A stretch of 64,000 nt of DNA from Isurus oxyrinchus (taxonomy: Eukaryota), in the NCBI GenBank assembly GCA_026770705.1, contig JANJGN010002079.1, positions 1 to 64,000 of the forward strand, given 5' to 3'. Under the pieces are notes generated by a model. That model searched no databases. It was not told where the DNA came from and saw only the letters and a list, made by a program, of their open reading frames with translations. Below, piece after piece: positions 22,001-37,000 of this stretch; the stretch's first letter is position 1, and every line of letters begins with the position of its first letter. The position numbers and the translations under genes are program-made.

Positions 22001-25000
22001 CTCTCAGGGAGATATCTGTACACTGACTGGTGTCTCTCAGTCCCTCTCTCTCTCAGGGAGATATCTGTACACTGACTGGTGTCTCTCAGTCCCCCTCTCT
22101 CAGTGAGATATCTGTACACTGACTCGTGTCTCTCAGTCCCTCTCTCTCTCAGGGAGAAATCTGCACACTGACTGGTGTCTCTCAGTCCCTCTCTCTCAGG
22201 GAGATATCTGTACACTGACTGGCGTCTCTCAGTCCCCTCTCTCTCAGTGAGATATCTGTACACTGACTGGTGTCTCTCAGTCCCTCTCTCTCTCAGGGAC
22301 GTATCTGTACACTGACTGGTGTCTCTCAGTCCCCTCTCTCGCAGGGAGATATCTGCACACTGACTGGTGTCTCTCAGTCCCTCTCTCTCAGGGAGATATC
22401 TGTACACTGACTGATGTCTCTCAGTCCCTCTCTCTCTCTCACGGAGATATCTGTACACTGACTGGTGTATCTCAGTCCCTCTATCTCAGGGAGATATCTG
22501 TACACTGACTGGTGTCTCTCAGTCCCTCTCTCTCTCAGGGAGATATCTGTACACTGACTGGTGTCTCTCAGTCCCTCTCTCTCAGCGAGATATCTGTACA
22601 CTGACTGGTGTCTCTCAGTCTCTCTCTCTCTCAGGGAGATATCTGTACACTGACTGGTGCCTCTCAGTCCCCTCTCTCTCAGGGAGATATCTGTGCACTG
22701 ACGGGTGTCTCTCAGTCCCCTCTCTCTCAGGGAGATATCTGTACACTGACTGGTGTCTCTCAGTCCCTCTCTCTCTCAGGGAGATATCTGTACACTGACT
22801 GGTGTCTCTCAGTCCCCTCTCTCTCTCAGGGAGATATCTGTACACTGACTGGTGTCTCTCAGTCTCCTCTCTCTCAGGGAGAGATCTGTACACTGACTGG
22901 TGTCTCTCAGTCCCCTCTCTCTCAGGGAGATATCTGTACACTGACTGGTGTCTCTCAGTCCCTCTATCTCAGGGAGATATCTGTACACTGACTGGTGTCT
23001 CTCATTCCCTCTCTCTCTCTCAGGGAGATATCTGTACACTGACTGGTGTATCTCAGTCCCTCTCTCTCAGGGAGATATCTGTACACTGACTGGTGTCTCT
23101 CAGTCTCCTCTCTCTCAGGGAGAGATCTGTACACTGACTGGTGTCTCTCAGTCCCCTCTCTCTCAGGGAGATATCTGTACACTGACTGGTGTCTCTCAGT
23201 CCCTCTCTCTCAGGGAGATATCTGTACACTGACTGGTGTCCCTCAGTCCCTCTCTCTCTCTCAGGGAGATATCTGTACACTGACTGGTGTATCTCAGTCC
23301 CTCTATCTCAGGGAGATATCTGTACACTGACTGGTGTCTCTCAGTCCCTCTCACTCTCTCAGGGAGATATCTGTACACTGACTGGTGTATCTCAGTCCCT
23401 CTCTCTCAGGGAGATATCTGTACACTGACTGGTGTCTCTCAGTCCCTCTCTCTCTCTCAGGGAGATATCTGTACACTGACTGGTGTATCTCAGTCCCTCT
23501 CTCTCAGGGAGATATCTGTACACTGACTGGTGTCTCTAAGTCTACTCTCTCTCTCTCAGGCAGATATCTGTACACTGACTGGTGTCTCTCAGTCCCTCTC
23601 TCTCTCAGGGAGAAATCTGCACACTGACTGTTGTCTCTCAGTCCCTCTCTCTCAGGGAGATATCTGTACACTGACTGGTGTCTCTCAGTCCCTCTCTCTC
23701 TCAGGGAGATATCTGTACACTGACTGGTGTCTCTCAGTCCCTCTCTCTCTCAGGGAGATATCTGTACACTGACTGGTGTCTCTCAGTCCCCCTCTCTCAG
23801 TGAGATATCTGTACACTGACTCGTGTCTCTCAGTCCCTCTCTCTCTCAGGGAGAAATCTGCACACTGACTGGTGTCTCTCAGTCCCTCTCTCTCAGGGAG
23901 ATATCTGTACACTGACTCGTGTCTCTCAGTACCCTCTCTCTCAGTGAGATATCTGTACACTGACTGGTGTCTCTCAGTCCCTCTCTCTCTCAGGGACGTA
24001 TCTGTACACTGACTGGTGTCTCTCAGTCCCCTCTCACTCAGGGAGATATCAGCACACTGACTGGTGTCTCTCAGTCCCTCTCTCTCAGGGAGATATCTGT
24101 ACACTGACTGATGTCTCTCAGTCCCTCTCTCTCTCTCAGGGAGATATCTGTACACTGACTGGTGTATCTCAGTCCCTCTATCTCAGGGAGATATCTGTAC
24201 ACTGACTGGTGTCTCTACGTCTACTCTCTCTCTCTCTCAGGGAGATATCTGTACACTGACTGGTGTCTCTCAGTCCCTCTCTCTCAGGGAGATATCTGTA
24301 CACTGACTGGTGTCCCTCAGTCCCCCCTCTCTCTCAGGGAGTTATCTGTACACTGACTGGTGTCTCTCAGTCCCCTCTCTCTCAGGGAGATATCTGTACA
24401 CTGACTGGTGTCTCTCAGTCCCTCTCTCTCTCAGGGAGATATCTGTACACTGACTGGTGTCTCTCAGTCCCCTCTCTCTCTCTCAGGGAAATATCTGTGC
24501 ACTGACTGGTGTCTCTCAGTCCCTCTCTCTCAGGGAGATATCTGTACACTGACTGGTGTCTCTCAGTCTCTCTCTCTCTCAGGGAGATATCTGTACACTG
24601 ACTGGTGTCTCTCAGTCCCTCTCTCTCTCAGAGAGATATCTGTACACTAACTTGTTTCTCTCAGACCCCTCTCTCTCTCAGGGAGATATCTGTACACTGA
24701 CTGGTGTCTCTCAGTCTCCTCTCTCTCAGGGAGAGATCTGTACACTGACTGGTGTCTCTCAGTTCCCTCTCTCTCAGGGAGATATCTGTACACTGACTCG
24801 TGTCTCTCAGTCCCCTCTCTCTCAGGTAGATATCTGTACACTGACTGGTGTCTCTCAGTCTCTCTCTCTCTCTCAGGGAGATATCTGTACACTGACTGGT
24901 GTCTCTCAGTCCCTCTCTCTCAGGGAGATCTCTGTACACTGACTGGTGTCCCTTATTCCCTCTCTCTCTCTCAGGGAGATATCTGTACACTGACTGGTGT

Positions 25001-28000
25001 ATCTCAGGCCCTCGATCTCAGGGAGATATCTGTACACTGACTGGTGTCTCTCAGTCCCTCTCTCTCTCTCAGGGAGATATCTGTACACTGACTGGTGTAT
25101 CTCAGTCCCTCTATCTCAGGGAGATATCTGTACACTGACTGGTGTCTCTCAGTCCCCTCTCTCTCTCAGGGAGATATCTGTACACTGACTGGTGTCTCTC
25201 AGTCCCCTCTCTCTCAGGGAGATACTGTATACTGACTCATGTCTCTCTGTCCCTCTCTCTCTCAGGGAGATATCTGTACACTGACTGGTGTCTCTCTGTC
25301 CCCTCTCTCTCTCAGGGATGTATCTGTACACTGACTGGTGTCTCTCAGTCCCTCTCTCTCAGGGAGATATCTGTACACTGACTGTTGTCTCTCAGTCCCT
25401 CTCTCTCAGGAAGATATCTGTACACTGACTTGTGTCTCTCAGTCCCCTGTCTCTCAGGGAGATATCTGTACACTGACTCGTGTCTCTCAGTCCCTCTCTC
25501 TCTCAGGGAGAAATCTGCACACTGACTGTTGTCTCTCAGTCCCTCTCTCTCAGGGAGATATCTGTACACTGACTGGTGTCTCTCAGTCCCTCTCTCTCTC
25601 AGGGAGATATCTGTACACTGACTGGTGTCTCTCAGTCCCTCTCTCTCTCAGGGAGAAATCTGCACACTGACTGGTGTCTCTCAGTCCCTCTCTCTCAGGG
25701 AGATATCTGTACACTGACTCGTGTCTCTCAGTCCCCTCTCTCTCAGTGAGATATCTGTACACTGACTGGTGTCTCTCAGTCTCTCTCTCTCTCAGGGACG
25801 TATCTGTACACTGACTGGTGTCTCTCAGTCCCCTCTCTCTCTCAGGGAGAAATCTGCACACTGACTGGTGTCTCTCAGTCCCTCTCTCTCAGGGAGATAT
25901 CTGTACACTGACTGGTGTCTCTCAGTCCCTCTCTCTCAGGGAGATATCTGTACACTGACTGGTGTCTCTCAGTCCCTCTCTCTCTCTCTCTCAGGGAGAT
26001 ATCTGTACACTGACTGGTATCTCTCAGTCCCCTCTCTCTCAGGGAGATATCTGTACACTGACAGGTGTCTCTCAGTTCCCTCTCTCTCAGGGATGTATCT
26101 GTACACTGACTGGTGTCTCTCAGTCCCTCTCTCCCTCAGGGAGATATGTGTACACTGACTGGTGTCTCTCAGTCCCCTCTCTCTCAGGGATGTATCTGTA
26201 CACTGACTGGTGTCTCTCAGTCCCCTCTCTCTCTCACGGAGATATCTGTATGCTGACTGGTGTCTCTCTGTCCCTCTCTCTCTCAGGGAAATATCTGTAC
26301 ACTGACTGGTGTCTCTCAGTCCCTCTCTCTCAGGGAGATATCTGTACACTGACTGGTGTCTCTCAGTCTCTCTCTCTCTCAGGGAGATATCTGTACACTG
26401 ACTGGTGTCTCTCAGTCCCTCTCTCTCTCAGAGAGATATCTGTACACTAACTGGTTTCTCTCAGACCCCTCTCTCTCTCAGGGAGATATCTGTACACTGA
26501 CTGGTGTCTCTCAGTCTCCTCTCTCTCAGGGAGAGATCTGTACACTGACTGGTGTCTCTCAGTTCCCTCTCTCTCAGGGAGATATCTGTACACTGACTCG
26601 TGTCTCTCAGTCCCCTCTCTCTCAGGTAGATATCTGTACACTGACTGGTGTCTCTCAGTCTCTCTCTCTCTCTCAGGGAGATATCTGTACACTGACTGGT
26701 GTCTCTCAGTCCCTCTCTCTCAGGGAGATCTCTGTACACTGACTGGTGTCCCTTATTCCCTCTCTCTCTCTCAGGGAGATATCTGTACACTGACTGGTGT
26801 ATCTCAGGCCCTCGATCTCAGGGAGATATCTGTACACTGACTGGTGTCTCTCAGTCCCTCTCTCTCTCTCAGGGAGATATCTGTACACTGACTGGTGTAT
26901 CTCAGTCCCTCTCTCTCAGGGAGATATCTGTACACTGACTGGTGTCTCTCAGTCCCTCTCTCTCTCTCAGGGAGATATCTGTACACTGACTGGTGTCTCT
27001 CAGTCCCTCTCTCTCAGGGAGATATCTGTACACTGACTAGTGTCCCTCAGTCCCCCCTCTCTCTCAGGGAGATATCTGTACATTGACTGGTGTCTCTCAG
27101 TCCCCTCTCTCTCAGGGAGATATCTGTACACTGACTGGTGTATCTCAGTCCCTCTCTCTCAGGGAGATATCTGTACACTGACTGGTGTCTCTCAGTCTCC
27201 TCTCTCTCAGGGAGAGATCTGTACACTGACTGGTGTCTCTCAGTCCCCTCTCTCTCAGGGAGATATCTGTACACTGACTGGTGTCTCTCAGTCCCTCTCT
27301 CTCAGGGAGATATCTGTACACTGACTGGTGTCCCTCAGTCCCTCTCTCTCTCTCAGGGAGATATCTGTACACTGACTGGTGTATCTCAGTCCCTCTATCT
27401 CAGGGAGATATCTGTACACTGACTGGTGTCTCTCAGTACCTCTCTCTCTCTCAGGGAGATATCTGTACACTGACTGGTGTATCTCAGTCCCTCTCTCTCA
27501 GGGAGATATCTGTACACTGACTGGTGTCTCTCAGTCCCTCTCTCTCTCTCAGGGAGATATCTGTACACTGACTGGTGTATCTCAGTCCCTCTCTCTCAGG
27601 GAGATATCTGTACACTGACTGGTGTCTCTAAGTCTACTCTCTCTCTCTCTCAGGGAGATATCTGTACACTGACTCGTGTCTCTCAGTCCCTCTCTCTCTC
27701 AGGGAGAAATCTGCACACTGACTGTTGTCTCTCAGTCCCTCTCTCTCAGGGAGATATCTGTACACTGACTGGTGTCTCTCAGTCCCTCTCTCTCTCAGGG
27801 AGATATCTGCACACTGACTGTTGTCTCTCAGTCCCTCTCTCTCAGGGAGATATCTGTACACTGACTGGTGTCTCTCAGTCCCTCTCTCTCTCAGGGAGAT
27901 ATCTGTACACTGACTGGTGTCTCTCAGTCCCTCTCTCTCTCAGGGAGATATCTGTACACTGAATGGTGTCTCTCAGTCCCCCTCTCTCAGTGAGATATCT

Positions 28001-31000
28001 GTACACTGACTCGTGTCTCTCAGTCCCTCTCTCTCTCAGGGAGAAATCTGCACACTGACTGGTGTCTCTCAGTCCCTCTCTCTCAGGGAGATATCTGTAC
28101 ACTGACTCGTGTCTCTCAGTCCCCTCTCTCTCAGTGAGATATCTGTACACTGACTGGTGTCTCTCAGTCCCTCTCTCTCTCAGGGACGTATCTGTACACT
28201 GACTGGTGTCTCTCAGTCCCCTCTCACTCAGGGAGATATCAGCACACTGACTGGTGTCTCTCAGTCCCTCTCTCTCAGGGAGATATCTGTACACTGACTG
28301 ATGTCTCTCAGTCCCTCTCTCTCTCTCAGGGAGATATCTGTACACTGACTGGTGTATCTCAGTCCCTCTATCTCAGGGAGATATCTGTACACTGACTGGT
28401 GTCTCTACGTCTACTCTCTCTCTCTCTCAGGGAGATATCTGTACACTGACTGGTGTCTCTCAGTCCCTCTCTCTCAGGGAGATATCTGTACACTGACTGG
28501 TGTCCCTCAGTCCCCCCTCTCTCTCAGGGAGTAATCTGTACACTGACTGGTGTCTCTCAGTCCCCTCTCTCTCAGGGAGATATCTGTACACTGACTGGTG
28601 TATCTCAGTCCCTCTATCTCAGGGAGATATCTGTACACTGACTGGTGTCTCTCAGTCCCTCTCTCTCTCTCAGGGAGATATCTGTACACTGACTGGTGTA
28701 TCTCAGTCCCTCTCTCTCAGGGAGATATCTGTACACTGACTGGTGTCTCTCAGTCCCTCTCTCTCTCTCAGGGAGATATCTGTACAATGACTGGTGTATC
28801 TCAGTCCCTCTCTCTCAGGGAGATATCTGTACACTGACTGGTGTCTCTAAGTCTACTCTCTCTCTCTCTCAGGGAGATATCTGTACACTGACTCGTGTCT
28901 CTCAGTCCCTCTCTCTCTCAGGGAGAAATCTGCACACTGACTGTTGTCTCTCAGTCCCTCTCTCTCAGGGAGATATCTGTACACTGACTGGTGTCTCTCA
29001 GTCCCTCTCTCTCTCAGGGAGATATCTGCACACTGACTGTTGTCTCTCAGTCCCTCTCTCTCAGGGAGATATCTGTACACTGACTGGTGTCTCTCAGTCC
29101 CTCTCTCTCTCAGGGAGATATCTGTACACTGACTGGTGTCTCTCAGTCCCTCTCTCTCTCAGGGAGATATCTGTACACTGAATGGTGTCTCTCAGTCCCC
29201 CTCTCTCAGTGAGATATCTGTACACTGACTCGTGTCTCTCAGTCCCTCTCTCTCTCAGGGAGAAATCTGCACACTGACTGGTGTCTCTCAGTCCCTCTCT
29301 CTCAGGGAGATATCTGTACACTGACTCGTGTCTCTCAGTCCCCTCTCTCTCAGTGAGATATCTGTACACTGACTGGTGTCTCTCAGTCCCTCTCTCTCTC
29401 AGGGACGTATCTGTACACTGACTGGTGTCTCTCAGTCCCCTCTCACTCAGGGAGATATCAGCACACTGACTGGTGTCTCTCAGTCCCTCTCTCTCAGGGA
29501 GATATCTGTACACTGACTGATGTCTCTCAGTCCCTCTCTCTCTCTCAGGGAGATATCTGTACACTGACTGGTGTATCTCAGTCCCTCTATCTCAGGGAGA
29601 TATCTGTACACTGACTGGTGTCTCTACGTCTACTCTCTCTCTCTCTCAGGGAGATATCTGTACACTGACTGGTGTCTCTCAGTCCCTCTCTCTCAGGGAG
29701 ATATCTGTACACTGACTGGTGTCCCTCAGTCCCCCCTCTCTCTCAGGGAGTTATCTGTACACTGACTGGTGTCTCTCAGTCCCCTCTCTCTCAGGGAGAT
29801 ATCTGTACACTGACTGGTGTCTCTCAGTCCCTCTCTCTCTCAGGGAGATATCTGTACACTGACTGGTGTCTCTCAGTCCCCTCTCTCTCTCTCAGGGAGA
29901 TATCTGTACACTGACTGGTGTCTCTCAGTCCCCTCTCTCTCTCAGGGAGATATCTGTATGCTGACTGGTGTCTCTCTGTCCCTCTGTCTCTCAGGGAAAT
30001 ATCTGTACACTGACTGGTGTCTCTCAGTCCCTCTCTCTCAGGGAGATATCTGTACACTGACTGGTGTCTCTCAGTCTCTCTCTCTCTCAGGGAGATATCT
30101 GTACACTGACTGGTGTCTCTCAGTCCCTCTCTCTCTCAGAGAGATATCTGTACACTAACTTGTTTCTCTCAGACCCCTCTCTCTCTCAGGGAGATATCTG
30201 TACACTGACTGGTGTCTCTCAGTCTCCTCTCTCTCAGGGAGAGATCTGTACACTGACTGGTGTCTCTCAGTTCCCTCTCTCTCAGGGAGATATCTGTACA
30301 CTGACTCGTGTCTCTCAGTCCCCTCTCTCTCAGGTAGATATCTGTACACTGACTGGTGTCTCTCAGTCTCTCTCTCTCTCTCAGGGAGATATCTGTACAC
30401 TGACTGGTGTCTCTCAGTCCCCCTCTCTCAGGGAGATCTCTGTACACTGACTGGTGTCCCTTATTCCCTCTCTCTCTCTCAGGGAGATATCTGTACACTG
30501 ACTGGTGTATCTCAGGCCCTCGATCTCAGGGAGATATCTGTACACTGACTGGTGTCTCTCAGTCCCTCTCTCTCTCTCAGGGAGATATCTGTACACTGAC
30601 TGGTGTCTCTCAGTCCCCTCTCTCTCTCAGGGAGATATCTGTACACTGACTGGTGTCTCTCAGTCCCCTCTCTCTCAGGGAGATACTGTATACTGACTCA
30701 TGTCTCTCTGTCCCTCTCTCTCTCAGGGAGATATCTGTACACTGACTGGTGTCTCTCTGTCCCCTCTCTCTCTCAGGGATGTATCTGTACACTGACTGGT
30801 GTCTCTCAGTCCCTCTCTCTCAGGGAGATATCTGTACACTGACTGTTGTCTCTCAGTCCCTCTCTCTCAGGAAGATATCTGTACACTGACTTGTGTCTCT
30901 CAGTCCCCTGTCTCTCAGGGAGATATCTGTACACTGACTCGTGTCTCTCAGTCCCTCTCTCTCTCAGGGAGAAATCTGCACACTGACTGTTGTCTCTCAG

Positions 31001-34000
31001 TCCCTCTCTCTCAGGGAGATATCTGTACACTGACTGGTGTCTCTCAGTCCCTCTCTCTCTCAGGGAGATATCTGTACACTGACTGGTGTCTCTCAGTCCC
31101 TCTCTCTCTCAGGGAGAAATCTGCACACTGACTGGTGTCTCTCAGTCCCTCTCTCTCAGGGAGATATCTGTACACTGACTCGTGTCTCTCAGTCCCCTCT
31201 CTCTCAGTGAGATATCTGTACACTGACTGGTGTCTCTCAGTCTCTCTCTCTCTCAGGGACGTATCTGTACACTGACTGGTGTCTCTCAGTCCCCTCTCTC
31301 TCTCAGGGAGAAATCTGCACACTGACTGGTGTCTCTCAGTCCCTCTCTCTCAGGGAGATATCTGTACACTGACTGGTGTCTCTCAGTCCCTCTCTCTCAG
31401 GGAGATATCTGTACACTGACTGGTGTCTCTCAGTCCCTCTCTCTCTCTCTCTCAGGGAGATATCTGTACACTGACTGGTATCTCTCAGTCCCCTCTCTCT
31501 CAGGGAGATATCTGTACACTGACAGGTGTCTCTCAGTTCCCTCTCTCTCAGGGATGTATCTGTACACTGACTGGTGTCTCTCAGTCCCTCTCTCCCTCAG
31601 GGAGATATGTGTACACTGACTGGTGTCTCTCAGTCCCCTCTCTCTCAGGGATGTATCTGTACACTGACTGGTGTCTCTCAGTCCCCTCTCTCTCTCACGG
31701 AGATATCTGTATGCTGACTGGTGTCTCTCTGTCCCTCTCTCTCTCAGGGAAATATCTGTACACTGACTGGTGTCTCTCAGTCCCTCTCTCTCAGGGAGAT
31801 ATCTGTACACTGACTGGTGTCTCTCAGTCTCTCTCTCTCTCAGGGAGATATCTGTACACTGACTGGTGTCTCTCAGTCTCTCTCTCTCTCTCAGGGAGAT
31901 ATCTGTACACTGACTGGTGTCTCTCAGTCCCTCTCTCTCAGGGAGATCTCTGTACACTGACTGGTGTCCCTTATTCCCTCTCTCTCTCTCAGGGAGATAT
32001 CTGTACACTGACTGGTGTATCTCAGGCCCTCGATCTCAGGGAGATATCTGTACACTGACTGGTGTCTCTCAGTCCCTCTCTCTCTCTCAGAGAGATATCT
32101 GTACACTGACTGGTGTATCTCAGTCCCTCTCTCTCAGGGAGATATCTGTACACTGACTGGTGTCTCTCAGTCCCTCTCTCTCTCTCAGGGAGATATCTGT
32201 ACACTGACTGGTGTCTCTCAGTCCCTCTCTCTCAGGGAGATATCTGTACACTGACTAGTGTCCCTCAGTCCCCCCTCTCTCTCAGGGAGATATCTGTACA
32301 TTGACTGGTGTCTCTCAGTCCCCTCTCTCTCAGGGAGATATCTGTACACTCACTGGTGTATCTCAGTCCCTCTCTCTCAGGGAGATATCTGTACACTGAC
32401 TGGTGTCTCTCAGTCTCCTCTCTCTCAGGGAGAGATCTGTACACTGACTGGTGTCTCTCAGTCCCCTCTCTCTCAGGGAGATATCTGTACACTGACTGGT
32501 GTCTCTCAGTCCCTCTCTCTCAGGGAGATATCTGTACACTGACTGGTGTCCCTCAGTCCCTCTCTCTCTCTCAGGGAGATATCTGTACACTGACTGGTGT
32601 ATCTCAGTCCCTCTATCTCAGGGAGATATCTGTACACTGACTGGTGTCTCTCAGTACCTCTCTCTCTCTCAGGGAGAAATCTGCACACTGACTGGTGTCT
32701 CTCAGTCCCTCTCTCTCAGGGAGATATCTGTACACTGACTCGTGTCTCTCAGTCCCCTCTCTCTCAGTGAGATATCTGTACACTGACTGGTGTCTCTCAG
32801 TCTCTCTCTCTCTCAGGGACGTATCTGTACACTGACTGGTGTCTCTCAGTCCCCTCTCTCTCTCAGGGAGAAATCTGCACACTGACTGGTGTCTCTCAGT
32901 CCCTCTCTCTCAGGGAGATATCTGTACACTGACTGGTGTCTCTCAGTCCCTCTCTCTCTCTCTCTCAGGGAGATATCTGTACACTGACTGGTATCTCTCA
33001 GTCCCCTCTCTCTCAGGGAGATATCTGTACACTGACAGGTGTCTCTCAGTTCCCTCTCTCTCAGGGATGTATCTGTACACTGACTGGTGTCTCTCAGTCC
33101 CTCTCTCCCTCAGGGAGATATGTGTACACTGACTGGTGTCTCTCAGTCCCCTCTCTCTCAGGGATGTATCTGTACACTGACTGGTGTCTCTCAGTCCCCT
33201 CTCTCTCTCACGGAGATATCTGTATGCTGACTGGTGTCTCTCTGTCCCTCTCTCTCTCAGGGAAATATCTGTACACTGACTGGTGTCTCTCAGTCCCTCT
33301 CTCTCAGGGAGATATCTGTACACTGACTGGTGTCTCTCAGTCTCTCTCTCTCTCAGGGAGATATCTGTACACTGACTGGTGTCTCTCAGTCTCTCTCTCT
33401 CTCTCAGGGAGATATCTGTACACTGACTGGTGTCTCTCAGTCCCTCTCTCTCAGGGAGATCTCTGTACACTGACTGGTGTCCCTTATTCCCTCTCTCTCT
33501 CTCAGGGAGATATCTGTACACTGACTGGTGTATCTCAGGCCCTCGATCTCAGGGAGATATCTGTACACTGACTGGTGTCTCTCAGTCCCTCTCTCTCTCT
33601 CAGAGAGATATCTGTACACTGACTGGTGTATCTCAGTCCCTCTCTCTCAGGGAGATATCTGTACACTGACTGGTGTCTCTCAGTCCCTCTCTCTCTCTCA
33701 GGGAGATATCTGTACACTGACTGGTGTCTCTCAGTCCCTCTCTCTCAGGGAGATATCTGTACACTGACTAGTGTCCCTCAGTCCCCCCTCTCTCTCAGGG
33801 AGATATCTGTACATTGACTGGTGTCTCTCAGTCCCCTCTCTCTCAGGGAGATATCTGTACACTCACTGGTGTATCTCAGTCCCTCTCTCTCAGGGAGATA
33901 TCTGTACACTGACTGGTGTCTCTCAGTCTCCTCTCTCTCAGGGAGAGATCTGTACACTGACTGGTGTCTCTCAGTCCCCTCTCTCTCAGGGAGATATCTG

Positions 34001-37000
34001 TACACTGACTGGTGTCTCTCAGTCCCTCTCTCTCAGGGAGATATCTGTACACTGACTGGTGTCCCTCAGTCCCTCTCTCTCTCTCAGGGAGATATCTGTA
34101 CACTGACTGGTGTATCTCAGTCCCTCTATCTCAGGGAGATATCTGTACACTGACTGGTGTCTCTCAGTACCTCTCTCTCTCTCAGGGAGATATCTGTACA
34201 CTGACTGGTGTATCTCAGTCCCTCTCTCTCAGGGAGATATCTGTACACTGACTGGTGTCTCTCAGTCCCTCTCTCTCTCTCAGGGAGATATCTGTACACT
34301 GACTGGTGTATCTCAGTCCCTCTCTCTCAGGGAGATATCTGTACACTGACTGGTGTCTCTAAGTCTACTCTCTCTCTCTCTCAGGGAGATATCTGTACAC
34401 TGACTCGTGTCTCTCAGTCCCTCTCTCTCTCAGGGAGAAATCTTCACACTGACTGTTGTCTCTCAGTCCCTCTCTCTCAGGGAGATATCTGTACACTGAC
34501 TGGTGTCTCTCAGTCCCTCTCTCTCTCAGGGAGATATCTGCACACTGACTGTTGTCTCTCAGTCCCTCTCTCTCAGGGAGATATCTGTACACTGACTGGT
34601 GTCTCTCAGTCCCCTCTCTCTCAGAGAGATATCTGTACACTTACTGGTGTCTCTCAGTCTCTCTCTCTCTCAGGGAGATATCTGTACACTGACTGGTGTC
34701 TCTCAGTCCCCCTCTCTCAGTGAGATATCTGTACACTGACTCGTGTCTCTCAGACCCTCTCTCTCTCAGGGAGAAATCTGCACACTGACTGGTGTCTCTC
34801 AGTCCCTCTCTCTCAGGGAGATATCTGTACACTGACTCGTGTCTCTCAGTCCCCTCTCTCTCAGTGAGATATCTGTACACTGACTGGTGTCTCTCAGTCC
34901 CTCTCTCTCTCAGGGACGTATCTGTACACTGACTGGTGTCTCTCAGTCCCCTCTCTCTCAGGGAGATATCTGCACACTCACTGGTGTCTCTCAGTCCCTC
35001 TCTCTCAGGGAGATATCTGTACACTGACTGATGTCTCTCAGTCCCTCTCTCTCTCTCAGGGAGATATCTGTACACTGACTGGTGTATCTCAGTCCCTCTA
35101 TCTCAGGGAGATATCTGTACACTGACTGGTGTCTCTACGTCTACTCTCTCTCTCTCTCAGGGAGATATCTGTACACTGACGGGTGTCTCTCAGTCCCTCT
35201 CTCTCAGGGAGATATCTGTACACTGACTGGTGTCCCTCAGTCCCCCCTCTCTCTCAGGGAGATATCTGTACACTGACTGGTGTCTCTCAGTCCCCTCTCT
35301 CTCAGGGAGATATCTGTACACTGACTGGTGTCTCTCAGTCCCTCTCTCTCTCAGGGAGATATCTGTACACTGACTGGTGTCTCTCAGTCCCCTCTCTCTC
35401 TCTCAGGGAGATATCTGTACACTGACTGGTGTCTCTCAGTCCCTCTCTCTCTCAGGGAGATATCTGTACACTGACTGGTGTCTCTCAGTCCCTCTCTCTC
35501 AGGGAGATATCTGTACACTGACTGGTGTCTCTCAGTCTCTCTCTCTCTCTCAGGGAGATATCTGTACACTGACTGGTGTCTCTCAGTCCCTCTCTCTCAG
35601 GGAGATATCTGTACACTGACTGGTGTCTCTACGTCTACTCTCTCTCTCTCTCAGGGAGATATCTGTACACTGACTGGTGTCTCTCAGTCCCTCTCTCTCA
35701 GGGAGATATCTGTACACTGACTAGTGTCCCTCAGTCCCCCCTCTCTCTCAGGGAGATATCTGTACACTGACTGGTGTCTCTCAGTCCCCTCTCTCTCAGG
35801 GAGCTATCTGTACACTGACTGGTGTCTCTTAGTCCCTCTCTCTCTCAGGGAGATATCTGTACACTGACTGGTGTCTCTCAGTCCCCTCTCTCTCTCTCAG
35901 GGAGATATCTGTACTCTGACTGGTGTCTCTCAGTCCCCTCTCTCTCTCAGGGCGATATCTGTACGCTGACTGGTGTCTCTCAGTCGCTCTCTCTCTCAGG
36001 GAGATATCTGTACACTGACTGGTGTCTCTCAGTCTCTCTCTCTCTCAGGGAGATATCTGTACACTGAATGGTGCCTCTCAGTCCCCTCTCTCTCAGGGAG
36101 ATATCTGTGCACTGACGGGTGTCTCTCAGTCCCCTCTCTCTCAGGGAGATATCTGTACACTGACTGGAGTCTCTCAGTCCCTCTCTCTCTCAGGGAGATA
36201 TCTGTACACTGACTGGTGTCTCTCAGTCCCCTCTCTCTCTCATGGAGATATCTGTACACTGACTGGTGTGTCTCAGTCTCCTCTCTCTCAGGGAGAGATC
36301 TGTACACTGACTGGTGTCTCTCAGTCCCCTCTCTCTCAGGGAGATATCTGTACACTGACTGGTGTATCTCAGTTCCTCTATCTCAGGGAGATATCTGTAC
36401 ACTGACTGGTGTCTCTACGTCTACTCTCTCTCTCTCTCAGGGAGATATCTGTACACTGACTGGTGTCTCTCAGTCCCTCTCTCTCAGGGAGATATCTGTA
36501 CACTGACTGGTGTCCCTCAGTCCCCCCTCTCTCTCAGGGAGATATCTGTACACTGACTGGTGTCTCTCAGTCCCCTCTCTCTCAGGGAGATATCTGTACA
36601 CTGACTGGTGTCTCTCAGTCCCTCTCTCTCTCAGGGAGATATCTGTACACTGACTGGTGTCTCTCAGTCCCCTCTCTCTCTCTCAGGGAGATATCTGTAC
36701 ACTGACTGGTGTCTCTCAGTCCCTCTCTCTCTCAGGGAAATATCTGTACACTGACTGGTGTCTCTCAGTCCCTCTCTCTCAGGGAGATATCTGTACACTG
36801 ACTGGTGTCTCTCAGTCTCTCTCTCTCTCAGGGAGATATCTGTACACTGACTGGTGTCTCTCAGTCCCTCTCTCTCTCAGGGAGATATCTGTACACTAAC
36901 TGGTTTCTCTCAGACCCCTCTCTCTCTCAGGGAGATATCTGTACAGTGACTCGTGTCTCTCAGTCCCCTCTCTCTCAGGTAGATATCTGTACACTGACTG